64,000 nt of DNA from Ignavibacteriota bacterium (GTDB lineage Bacteria > Bacteroidota > Ignavibacteria > Kapaibacteriales > UBA2268): positions 71,639 through 135,638 of the forward strand of contig JACRLY010000062.1 of assembly GCA_016219595.1 (NCBI GenBank). Direction: 5' to 3'. The notes beneath the pieces are model-generated. The model was given only the letters and a program-made list of their open reading frames with translations, did not search any database and had not been told where the DNA came from. This document shows, piece after piece, positions 10,339-18,909 of the stretch (positions are counted from its first letter, which is position 1; every line of letters begins with the position of its first letter). Both the position numbers and the translations under genes were made by a program.

Positions 10339-10713
10339 ATGAAAAAGCAATTATTATTAAATGCAGTATTATTTTTATTAACAGCATTCTTATTCACAAC
10401 TGTCGCTTCGGCACAGGAGCAGGACACTACAATCAAGGAAGCAAAGATTAAGACTTCAGCTGTCTGTGAGCATTGCAAAGCAAGAATAGAAAAAGCTGTC
10501 AACAAGCTCGACGGAATTGAATCTGCTAACTTAGACACAGAGACCAAAGTTCTGTCCGTGAAGTATCATTCTGATATATTAACGCTTGCAAGCATCAAAA
10601 CCGCAATTAACAAATCCGGTTACAATGCCGATGACATGGCAGCTGACAAAGAAGCATTCGAAAAACTTCCGAATTGCTGTAAAACCAACAAATGCGACCA
10701 TGAACATAAGTAA
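10339..10713 (+). CDS. Heavy-metal-associated (HMA) domain protein, secreted
   Basis: The start was re-set to the MKKQLLL Met because an AGGAG sits 8 nt upstream. It has a signal peptide, an HMA-like CxxC (SAVCEHCKARIEKAVNKLDGIESANLD...) and a C-terminal Cys/His cluster NCCKTNKCDHEHK. Confidence 0.65.
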   Translation: MKKQLLLNAVLFLLTAFLFTTVASAQEQDTTIKEAKIKTSAVCEHCKARIEKAVNKLDGIESANLDTETKVLSVKYHSDILTLASIKTAINKSGYNADDMAADKEAFEKLPNCCKTNKCDHEHK

Positions 10714-10731
10714 GAAGTGAATTATTTATAT

Positions 10732-10760
10732 GCCCCGTACTTTTAGTGCGGGGCTTTTTT
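10732..10760. terminator. Rho-independent terminator between convergent genes
   Basis: GCCCCGTAC-TTTTAG-TGCGGGGC followed by TTTTTT. It lies between the HMA gene (+) and the BNR/T9SS gene (-). Confidence 0.75.
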
Positions 10761-10766
10761 AAAGCG

Positions 10767-13490
10767 TCATCTGCACACAATAATTTTACTTACTTTATTA
10801 ATTCCATTTCCGGATATTCTCAGAAAATAAATTCCGTTTTCTAAATTACTAACATCCAGTTTTTTAATATGACAGCTACTTTCGATAAATTCATTTTCTA
10901 AATAATTAACTGTATTTCCAATTATATCTGTTAATGAAACACTAACAAATGATAACTGTTTAACTGAGAAACTAACAATTACAAAATCGGTAGCAGGATT
11001 GGGAAGGGTTGAAGCGGAAAATTCATTATTTAAATCAATAATTGATGAAACGGTATCAAGAACAATAACAGAATCAATATGTGTATCTGAAAAATAGTTG
11101 TTATATACTGTCAGTGATACTTCAAAAACACCCGGTTCATCGAAAAGAATTTTCGGATCATAAGTTTCATATATACCTCCATCAAACAATAACCAACGCT
11201 TTTTATAGTCCTCCCCTACTGACTTATCAATAAATTGAACATACAGAGGAATATATCCTATGCGTGGACTCGCAATATAATTAGCAATTAATTGACTTTT
11301 CACAGTAACATAATTTTCTTTGATAACGGAATCAATCTTATTACCATCGTATGCAATTAATTTTACATTAAATTCACCGCTTTTCCTATAAGTATGTATT
11401 GGATTCTTTTCATCGCTTCCTGTTCCATCTCCGAAATCCCAAACCCACCATATCGGATTGCCATTTGAAATGTCATAAAATTGCAGTGGCTCGTTTTCTA
11501 TTACAAAAGTAGAATCCGAAGTAAAGTTTGCATTAAATTCAGAATTAAATACTCTCGGTTTCAATATTCTCAACAATCCATTGCTACCTCCCTCTGCAAT
11601 ATCATTTGAATTAGGTGAAAGTGCCATATTAACTGTGGATTCCGAAAAATGATAAGAGTAATCAACTTTCCTCGTCCCAAGATTAAAGAATTTAATATAA
11701 TAATCTTCATTTAAATCTTTAACATTGGATATAAGATATTTGCTATCATCACTTAATATTATCGAAATTGGTTGTGATTTTGAACAAATTTCTTTAGTCT
11801 TTATGGTTCCGATTTGTTCATAAGAATTCAAATCAATTTCAATTAATTCATTATTGTTAACTGATAATAACAGAGAATTTTTATTTGTATTTTTCACTGC
11901 ATCAAAATCAGTAACATCAGGTTCGTAGCTTCCTCTTTTAAATGGTTCAGAATATATTTCTTTAATTTCAGATAAATTAAAATCAGTTATCAAAATATGA
12001 AATGTATCAATATTCTGATTATTATAACCTCTAGTTACTGACTTAATAACCAACAAATCAGTCTCAATTTTTTTAATTATAAATTTATATGGTAAGTCAA
12101 TATACTTTATATTTTCACCTGAATTCAAATCCCATAAACTGATTTGATTAAATGAATCAGAATTGAATGAAGTAATTAATTTATTATTAGGTAAAAGAAA
12201 TGCATATACATTTTCAACTGAATAAATTTTTCCCAATGAAATATTAATTTGATTAACAATTGAATCTAAGTCATTCTCATAAAAATTAATCAAAAATGTT
12301 GTATCTGCATAATTAGAATTTCCATTTGACATCAAAACTTTAAACTTGTCTTCATCATATAAGTCCATAATGTTATAATATAGAAATATCTTATCTTCTA
12401 TCATTTCTCCTGTTTCTACATCCCATTTATAAATATGATAGGGATATCCACAGAAAGTATAAACATTTTTACCATCCTTAGAGTATTTTAGAAATTTTGT
12501 GTTATAAATTTTTACCTTTTGTTCAAGATAATCCCCCTTATCAATCCAGCCGGGTGTTGCCATTGTATTTTCTGGGATACTATCTACATAACAAATGAAG
12601 TAGTAATATTTAAAATAAATTTTTCCATCTTTTGTTTGAAGTAGTATTTTATACAAATCATCTGATATATCAACCCAATAATCTCCCCCTTTATTTGAAT
12701 AATTTAATGTTTCCTCAATATTTATAAGTATCTCATCTTTTTGAGTAATAAGCATTCTATCAACATATAAATAATTTAATCCCCTATTACTTTGTATCCA
12801 TTTATTGTTTGAATATTTATATATTCCACTTCCATAAGTACTGACAAATATTTCTTTCTTTGAATTGATTCCAATTCCTGTAATACTGTCAATTGTATTT
12901 AATCTATTTTTAAATAATTCCCACGAATTACCTTTATCCTCAGATATATATAGTTCATTTTTACCAACAACTGCAATGATTGTATCATTTGAAATTTGCA
13001 ACATCTTTGTGATACTTTTTGAAGTTAAAAATGGTAAGTTGAACCAATACCTACCTTCATCGGAACTAATAAATAAACCGGTTGACGTTCCGACTAATAA
13101 GCGATTAGCTGAATCAACTACTGATGAGAAAACCAAAATATCATTAAATGTTAAACTATCGGTTCTTTGCCATGTAATTCCGAAATCCGTTGATGTATAT
13201 AAACCGACACTGTCAATGAAGATATAGATTTTTCCATTATTATCAGAAATAAAATGTTGCGGTGTCCCACTCCAAACTCTGGTTGGTCTAATTCCTGTAT
13301 TAACTATCTTCCAGTATTTTCTTCCATAATAGGAACTGATGAAATTACCATAAGATATAAGCATAAATTCACCATTTTTCAATTCCTGAATATTATATTC
13401 TTTACTTATATATACATTATTCCAGAAATTAAAAGAAGCCGGGAATATTGATTCAAAGTCTTTCCCATTTTGTGAAATATATGCTCCCAT
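10767..13490 (-). CDS. Secreted BNR/Asp-box repeat protein with PKD-like domains and a T9SS C-terminal sorting domain
   Basis: 907 aa. It has Asp-box motifs (STDFGITWQRT, SEDKGNSWE, SSDEGRYW) and Ig/PKD-like segments (WVWDFGDGTGSDEKNPIHTY). The C-terminal ~80 aa match the T9SS sorting-domain pattern (...LENGIYFLRISGNGINKVSKIIVCR). Confidence 0.7.
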   Translation of the reverse strand: MGAYISQNGKDFESIFPASFNFWNNVYISKEYNIQELKNGEFMLISYGNFISSYYGRKYWKIVNTGIRPTRVWSGTPQHFISDNNGKIYIFIDSVGLYTSTDFGITWQRTDSLTFNDILVFSSVVDSANRLLVGTSTGLFISSDEGRYWFNLPFLTSKSITKMLQISNDTIIAVVGKNELYISEDKGNSWELFKNRLNTIDSITGIGINSKKEIFVSTYGSGIYKYSNNKWIQSNRGLNYLYVDRMLITQKDEILINIEETLNYSNKGGDYWVDISDDLYKILLQTKDGKIYFKYYYFICYVDSIPENTMATPGWIDKGDYLEQKVKIYNTKFLKYSKDGKNVYTFCGYPYHIYKWDVETGEMIEDKIFLYYNIMDLYDEDKFKVLMSNGNSNYADTTFLINFYENDLDSIVNQINISLGKIYSVENVYAFLLPNNKLITSFNSDSFNQISLWDLNSGENIKYIDLPYKFIIKKIETDLLVIKSVTRGYNNQNIDTFHILITDFNLSEIKEIYSEPFKRGSYEPDVTDFDAVKNTNKNSLLLSVNNNELIEIDLNSYEQIGTIKTKEICSKSQPISIILSDDSKYLISNVKDLNEDYYIKFFNLGTRKVDYSYHFSESTVNMALSPNSNDIAEGGSNGLLRILKPRVFNSEFNANFTSDSTFVIENEPLQFYDISNGNPIWWVWDFGDGTGSDEKNPIHTYRKSGEFNVKLIAYDGNKIDSVIKENYVTVKSQLIANYIASPRIGYIPLYVQFIDKSVGEDYKKRWLLFDGGIYETYDPKILFDEPGVFEVSLTVYNNYFSDTHIDSVIVLDTVSSIIDLNNEFSASTLPNPATDFVIVSFSVKQLSFVSVSLTDIIGNTVNYLENEFIESSCHIKKLDVSNLENGIYFLRISGNGINKVSKIIVCR

Positions 13491-13517
13491 TGCATGAACT
13501 GCATATATTTCATTTTT

Positions 13518-14435
13518 TTAGATTATCAATACATCTTTAATAATGCTGACATTTTCCAAACAGTCATTTAAATATGTCTTTTGAAAAATTAATTCAACAG
13601 AATTATTAATTATATCATGTTTATATAATCCCAGTCTCGTAGCATAATAGAAATTGCCAGCTGTATCTTTAGTAATATCATAAATGAAGTAATAGATGTC
13701 CTTATAAAAAATATTAACTGAATCTTTTTCTAAGTTGATTAAATATATTGAACTATAAAGATAGCCATGATCAGATTTACCGAATATTGTATCTCCGTTT
13801 AAGTATATAAATCCGCTGATTTCGTCATCATATTCATTTTTTTCATAATAGATCTCATTCCAAGTCAATCCTTTATCTTTAGAAACCATTAAATGATATT
13901 TGTAATCTAAACCATACGATACACAAAAGAAATCACCATTATCTGTTTCAATAAAATCCCAAGTTTTGTTCGGTAATGATTCTTTCTTTAAAAATAAATT
14001 CCAATTATCGCCATTGTCAGATGATAAATAAATACTGCTGTCTAATATTGAATAGAGAATATTCTTTTTATAATTGTGAAAGTAATTATTAATATTTTTT
14101 GAATTAAATACTATTTCTTTCCAGGTTAAACCAAAATCATCAGAGCGGAATAGACCCGAATCGGTTGATGCTAGAACAGAGCCGTTTTTAAGAAGTTTCA
14201 GTTTATAAATTGAAGTATCTTTTTGAGCAAATTCAAGCAAATCCCAGGTTTGTCCTTTGTCGGTTGATTTGAATAAACCGTGCTCAGCCGCTATAAGTAT
14301 TGAGCCATCGGGCAATTCGACCATACTTTGTAATGGCTCATCGCCAACTAATCCCAGAGTTTTAAACTCCAGGTTTTTCGCAAAACATAAAGCAGTACAC
14401 GAAATCAGAATAACAAACAGTAAAATATTTCTCAT
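13518..14435 (-). CDS. BNR/Asp-box repeat protein (sialidase-like / PSII-stability-factor-like propeller), secreted
   Basis: 305 aa. It has a signal peptide and four S-x-D-x-G-x-T-W motifs (STDKGQTWD, SDDFGLTWKE, SSDNGDNWN, SKDKGLTWNE). Confidence 0.65.
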   Translation of the reverse strand: MRNILLFVILISCTALCFAKNLEFKTLGLVGDEPLQSMVELPDGSILIAAEHGLFKSTDKGQTWDLLEFAQKDTSIYKLKLLKNGSVLASTDSGLFRSDDFGLTWKEIVFNSKNINNYFHNYKKNILYSILDSSIYLSSDNGDNWNLFLKKESLPNKTWDFIETDNGDFFCVSYGLDYKYHLMVSKDKGLTWNEIYYEKNEYDDEISGFIYLNGDTIFGKSDHGYLYSSIYLINLEKDSVNIFYKDIYYFIYDITKDTAGNFYYATRLGLYKHDIINNSVELIFQKTYLNDCLENVSIIKDVLII

Positions 14436-14550
14436 TTTTTACCCACAATTTATTAATTGTGTAATATTTATAATATAATGACACATGAGAGGGGAAAAGG
14501 TCTCTAAAATAATTTAAATTAGAATATTCTTTATCTAATCAATACATTAA

Positions 14551-14703
14551 CCCCATACTTTAGTATGGGGGCAGAACCCCGAACCCGGACCAAGAGCAAC
14601 CTTCGAACTACCTCATACTAAAGTATGAGGTTAGTGTATTACACCAATCCCCAAACAAACACTCTGTGTCTTCGCGATTATTAATCTATACTTAAGTATG
14701 GGG
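14551..14703. promoter_or_regulatory. Three related palindromes (CATACTTWAGTATG core) in the upstream region of the BNR gene
   Basis: The palindromes are CCCCATAC-TTTA-GTATGGGG at 14551-14570, CCTCATAC-TAAA-GTATGAGG at 14611-14630 and ATAC-TTAA-GTAT at 14688-14699. They could be operator-like sites or hairpins. Confidence 0.4.
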
Positions 14704-14721
14704 TAAAAAGTGGGGACAGGA

Positions 14722-14973
14722 CTACATCGTATTCAGCAGTTTCAATATTATGAGTATTAGTATTGTGAGCACAGCAAGCATTATTGCAAATTTGATAAAC
14801 CTTTTAATCAGCGAAATAATAATTATGACAACTACTATGAATATTCCTACAGCCACTGCTGTCGGCATGCCCGCAAAAAATGATAATACAGTCGCCATCA
14901 TTAACTCACCTTGAAAGTGAATGTAATAATTCCCTGCATCTCGACATTCGAATTCAAAGGATTGAATCGCCAC
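14722..14973 (-). CDS. Small hydrophobic membrane protein, hypothetical
   Basis: 83 aa with two predicted TM helices. It overlaps the 3' end of the tonB-like ORF in another frame, so coding status is uncertain. Confidence 0.25.
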   Translation of the reverse strand: MAIQSFEFECRDAGNYYIHFQGELMMATVLSFFAGMPTAVAVGIFIVVVIIIISLIKRFIKFAIMLAVLTILILIILKLLNTM

Positions 14974-15677
14974 TGCCGAAGTGCGTCCATTGCTGATTTT
15001 TCCAATATCGGGTCTCCTTTTTGCAATGGCACCATTCTCATTACCGTGCCGTCAGGATTTACAGTGAACATTATCCTAATTTTTGCACCTGTATTAACCC
15101 CGGGCGGATACTTAGGGATTTTCTTGTGGAGTACAATTCTGTTGCCTCCGCCGCCCCATTCTATGTCACCAAGCCCCATGCCGGAACCCGCGCCGATACC
15201 TTTATCTCCAAGCCCGAGTGCGAGGTCATCGCCGTCTTTTGCACCGATATTTTCCGAACCGGTTGCCCGGTTATTCGTCGCTCCATTTTCCTTTGAACCG
15301 AGTTCTTTTACGGTTACAAATTTTGATGCATCTTCTGCATCCCTGGGAAGTATGACTTTTGGAGTATTTGCTTTAGCGGCTATTTCTGCGTCGTTCAAAT
15401 CAGTCTGTGGATTTTTCCCCTTATGTTTCATTCCTTCTTCAGTCAGGTTGCCCTTACTAGCACCGGTACCATCGCCGTTGCCGAAGTTAAGGAATTCGAT
15501 AGGGACTTTATTAATTTCATATCTTGTCATATACAGGGTATCAACTCTGAAAACAGGAATTAGAAGCAGAATCAATGCGGCTATAACCAGGGCAATGAGA
15601 AATCCCCTTGCTGTATATTTATTCCACGGTAACTTTATATTAATCGGTCCGCTATCGTCTCTCAACGGAACGTACAT
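14901..15677 (-). CDS. TonB-family energy transducer (C-terminal TonB domain)
   Basis: 258 aa. It has an N-terminal TM anchor and a Gly-rich linker. The C-terminus IPKYPPGVNTGAKIRIMFTVNPDGTVMRMVPLQKGDPILEKSAMDALRQWRFNP matches the TonB C-terminal fold pattern. Confidence 0.7.
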   Translation of the reverse strand: MYVPLRDDSGPINIKLPWNKYTARGFLIALVIAALILLLIPVFRVDTLYMTRYEINKVPIEFLNFGNGDGTGASKGNLTEEGMKHKGKNPQTDLNDAEIAAKANTPKVILPRDAEDASKFVTVKELGSKENGATNNRATGSENIGAKDGDDLALGLGDKGIGAGSGMGLGDIEWGGGGNRIVLHKKIPKYPPGVNTGAKIRIMFTVNPDGTVMRMVPLQKGDPILEKSAMDALRQWRFNPLNSNVEMQGIITFTFKVS

Positions 15678-15692
15678 TTTATTATCTCCTGA

Positions 15693-17306
15693 TTATCTTA
15701 TCTGGTCAATCCATACCTGGTCAAATCCAAGTTTTTCCGCTGCTGCACGCGCTTCTTCCCTTGTGTCGTAGAATCCGAATCTGACCCTGTACCATACCTT
15801 ATCTCTCATCTTTTGAGTCGAAATAAACCCATTTATATTTTTTCTCTTCAATATTTTCATCCAATCCTCCGCATCATCTTTCGATGGACTGGTATAGACT
15901 TGTACAGTAAATACATTCTTTTTCTCAGGTGTTAAAACAAGAGGTTTTGTTACAGGCTCCTTCTCAGGTTTCTTTTCTATGGTAGCAACAACAGGCTTTT
16001 CTTTCGGCTTCTCAACTACCACGGGTTTTTGCTTTTCTGTAACAATAGGCTTCGGCTTTTCGGCAATAACCGGTTTCGGTTTCTCGATTATTACAGGTTT
16101 CGGTTTTTCCACTATCACCGGTTTTGGTTTTTCAGTAACCGGCTTGGCTTTTTTCATTTCTTTGGGAGCAATGTCAACCGCTGTAACTGCAACATCAGGT
16201 TCCTTCTTTGATTCTTTTATTTCGGGTTTAGCGGCGGCAGTATCGGTTTTAGGGACTACTTTCGGTTCAGCAGCTTTTTTTATTTCCTTGGTTTTTTGTT
16301 TTACTACTGCAACTGCAGTTTTCTTTTCTTTTGGTGGAAACAACTTATCCCACAGCAAAGAATAACCGCCGATGCCAACAGCAGCAAGCAGAATTACCGC
16401 TGCAGCAGCAATACCAACCCTTTTCCATGGAATTATTATCTTCTTTTTCTCTTTTTCTTCTTTCTTTTCCTCGGCTGCAGGAGGAGGTTGTGGAGCAACT
16501 TCAATCACTTCTTCGGCTTGTTTTGCGTCTTCGATTTCCGAAATTGCAGGTTCTCCTGCGCCTACCTGCATAAGGTCAATCATTTCTGTATCGCCTTTTT
16601 CTTCAACCGGCTTGAATTGGTCAAGCTTTTCCTGCAATTCCTCTTCCGGTTGAATCGCAGGCTGTTCAATCACCTTTGGTTCCTCAACTTTTTCTGCACG
16701 CTTTTTTGCTTTTTGTAAATCTTCCTGTATTAATGCTGCTAAATCATCATCGATTTTTACCGGCTCTTCAGGTATTTGTTCAGTTTCATCAATTTCAGAA
16801 TCAGTTTTTGGCGGCAATTCTTCATCTTCTATAAGACCTGCTTTAGTAGGTGATGCAACTGATTCTTCTTTTTCAATGGAAAGTTTATCGAGTGAAACAG
16901 TCTCTTCCTTTTCTTCTGATTCAGTTTCAACTATAGGCGGTAATGATTCTTCAGTGTCTGCTCTTTCAACAAAGGATTCATCGGGTTTTTCATCGGTTAC
17001 AGCTGGTACTCCAGGAATATTATCTTCATCTTCCGGTTTTTTTCCGTCGAACTGTTCCCATATTGTGCCTTCTTTGGGAACTTCTATCTGTTCGGCTTCG
17101 GTAATTTTAATACCACCGATTTTAGAATCACCAATTGATGAAATTTCTTCAGCATCTCCGGTTCCTGTAGTAGGAATTTCCGGAAGTTCACCGGGATATT
17201 CTTCTTTATCATCCAGAAGAAATGTGTCATCATCAGGAGTTCCCGGCTGGAATCCCGCCTGTTCTTCTTCACGGAGATTGTTTTCGTCTATTTCAGGCAT
17301 AGGCAC
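15693..17306 (-). CDS. SPOR-domain protein with an acidic N-terminal region, single TM, and a Pro/Lys-rich repeat linker
   Basis: 537 aa. The N-terminal ~290 aa are highly acidic. A TM helix (IAAAAVILLAAVGIGGYSLLW) follows. The linker contains EKPKPV(I/V)(V/I)EKPKPV... repeats. The C-terminal SPOR-like segment reads FTVQVYTSPSKDDAEDWMKILKRKNINGFIS...WYRVRFGFYDTREEARAAAEKL. Confidence 0.7.
   Translation of the reverse strand: MPMPEIDENNLREEEQAGFQPGTPDDDTFLLDDKEEYPGELPEIPTTGTGDAEEISSIGDSKIGGIKITEAEQIEVPKEGTIWEQFDGKKPEDEDNIPGVPAVTDEKPDESFVERADTEESLPPIVETESEEKEETVSLDKLSIEKEESVASPTKAGLIEDEELPPKTDSEIDETEQIPEEPVKIDDDLAALIQEDLQKAKKRAEKVEEPKVIEQPAIQPEEELQEKLDQFKPVEEKGDTEMIDLMQVGAGEPAISEIEDAKQAEEVIEVAPQPPPAAEEKKEEKEKKKIIIPWKRVGIAAAAVILLAAVGIGGYSLLWDKLFPPKEKKTAVAVVKQKTKEIKKAAEPKVVPKTDTAAAKPEIKESKKEPDVAVTAVDIAPKEMKKAKPVTEKPKPVIVEKPKPVIIEKPKPVIAEKPKPIVTEKQKPVVVEKPKEKPVVATIEKKPEKEPVTKPLVLTPEKKNVFTVQVYTSPSKDDAEDWMKILKRKNINGFISTQKMRDKVWYRVRFGFYDTREEARAAAEKLGFDQVWIDQIR
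15990..16145. repeat. Tandem ~30-bp coding repeats (EKPKPVIV units) inside the SPOR-protein gene
   Basis: ggtttcggtttttcc / accggttttggtttttc units repeat about 5 times. Confidence 0.7.
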
Positions 17307-17309
17307 CTT

Positions 17310-18908
17310 TTAAAATTTGAATAATACTCCACCTGTTATAAATAGCCCGCGTTCTTTATATCCATTCCAAATTATTATTCCCTGGTTTAACAGGTTTTCT
17401 AATTTTAAAAAAACATTCATTTCATCCGATAAAGAATAATCGGCTTTAAACCGTAAATCAATATACGAATTTAACTTATTCTGATTTTCCAAATCAGAAA
17501 ATCTTTCACTTATATAGAAAATACCAAATTGTGTGCCAAAATTTTTCAACCACTTGCGGTTGTAATCGAATGCAATTTTCATCGGAATAGTGTATGGAAT
17601 AACTTTTCCGTTTTCAAATTTCGATTGACTTAATGTTATGTTCGAAGAAATCAAATCACTGATGCTCAAATTATATCTTAATTCTCCAAATAACTCCAGG
17701 ATGGTGGCATCTTTATAATTAACTGCAAATGCTCCTGAGCTGGTATCGATAAAAAACGGAAACCTTTGAATCAATGCAAACGAAGACCCAAGCTCAACTG
17801 TCAATACTTCATTGGGATGAATAATCATACTTCCTCTCAAAGATGGAAGATAATATGGAAAATCCACAATTGTCGAATTATCAGTATAAGGATTCTGATT
17901 ATATAAATCTCGCAAAGTATTATTTCCCATTCCGATTAATCCATTGGCTCTGACAGTTAATAATTCATTTATACGAAATTCCATATCTCCGGATGCGATA
18001 ATTCCTAATCTTGCAATATCAGCCGATGTATTTACACTTTGCAAACCGGCTTTAACATTAAGTGAAAAATTTTCATGTATATAGGTCCCGAATATATCCG
18101 CTTGTATGAAATGAACTCCGTTGCCCCTGACAGAATGAAGGTCGATAATCACATCTCCCCCAATCTCATAATCACTCGAAAGATTTTTTACCGTGATAAA
18201 ACCGTTAATGGCATTATCGAATGCTTTCGATGAATCCTGTTTAACCTGCAGCATCCGGAAACCTGCACCTGTGCTGAAGGCAAATCCCTCATAATTCCCT
18301 TCGGTTTCTAATTTCAAATTCAAATTAATGCTGTTCCTTTTTTGAGGATTTTGAAGCGAATACAAATAATAATCCATATTTTTGAAAAACAAGTTTGTTC
18401 TTGTTTTACTCCCGCCGAAAATCCAGTATTTTTCATCTGCTATATAATCGGCATTAAGATTTATATAGGCTTTGTCATAACCGGCTTTTTCTATATGACC
18501 TGAACTGTAATTGAATCCCGCATTCCCGAAAATATCATAATCTCCGGCTTTTATTTCATATCCGGCTTCTGCATTTGCTGTCGTAAATCTTCCGAAATCT
18601 CCGGTGAAATATCCTTTACTGTAAATTGTGTGCATAATCTTGTCAGGCAGAGGCTCCGTAGGCAGAAGCAATGATTGCCTTTTTTCAAGGGAATTTATTG
18701 AATCCAATTCTGTTTTGGTTAGAAGCCCCGGTTTATCAGGAAATTGCTTAATTCCTGAACGAATATTAAGCTGTTCTTTACCTTCAATAATAAAATTCGG
18801 AAGTTCGAGAGGTTTTGTATTGCTTTCCTGTCCAAACAGTGAAAAATACTGGGATACTGCACATATCAAAATCATTATGATAATTTTTGACTTCATAATA
18901 TTATTCAT
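17310..18908 (-). CDS. Putative outer-membrane beta-barrel protein
   Basis: 532 aa. It has a signal peptide, alternating amphipathic beta-strand patterns throughout, and a C-terminal aromatic residue (...GGVLFKF). No plug domain was seen. Confidence 0.45.
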   Translation of the reverse strand: MNNIMKSKIIIMILICAVSQYFSLFGQESNTKPLELPNFIIEGKEQLNIRSGIKQFPDKPGLLTKTELDSINSLEKRQSLLLPTEPLPDKIMHTIYSKGYFTGDFGRFTTANAEAGYEIKAGDYDIFGNAGFNYSSGHIEKAGYDKAYINLNADYIADEKYWIFGGSKTRTNLFFKNMDYYLYSLQNPQKRNSINLNLKLETEGNYEGFAFSTGAGFRMLQVKQDSSKAFDNAINGFITVKNLSSDYEIGGDVIIDLHSVRGNGVHFIQADIFGTYIHENFSLNVKAGLQSVNTSADIARLGIIASGDMEFRINELLTVRANGLIGMGNNTLRDLYNQNPYTDNSTIVDFPYYLPSLRGSMIIHPNEVLTVELGSSFALIQRFPFFIDTSSGAFAVNYKDATILELFGELRYNLSISDLISSNITLSQSKFENGKVIPYTIPMKIAFDYNRKWLKNFGTQFGIFYISERFSDLENQNKLNSYIDLRFKADYSLSDEMNVFLKLENLLNQGIIIWNGYKERGLFITGGVLFKF

Positions 18909-18909
18909 T

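Noticed and set aside
14911-16718. Plus-strand ORFs antisense to the TonB-like and SPOR genes (14911..15771, 15979..16365, 16296..16718, etc.)
   Set aside because: They are mirror-image low-complexity translations (GFGFS repeats) of the minus-strand coding repeats. The sense-strand products have clear TonB and SPOR domains.
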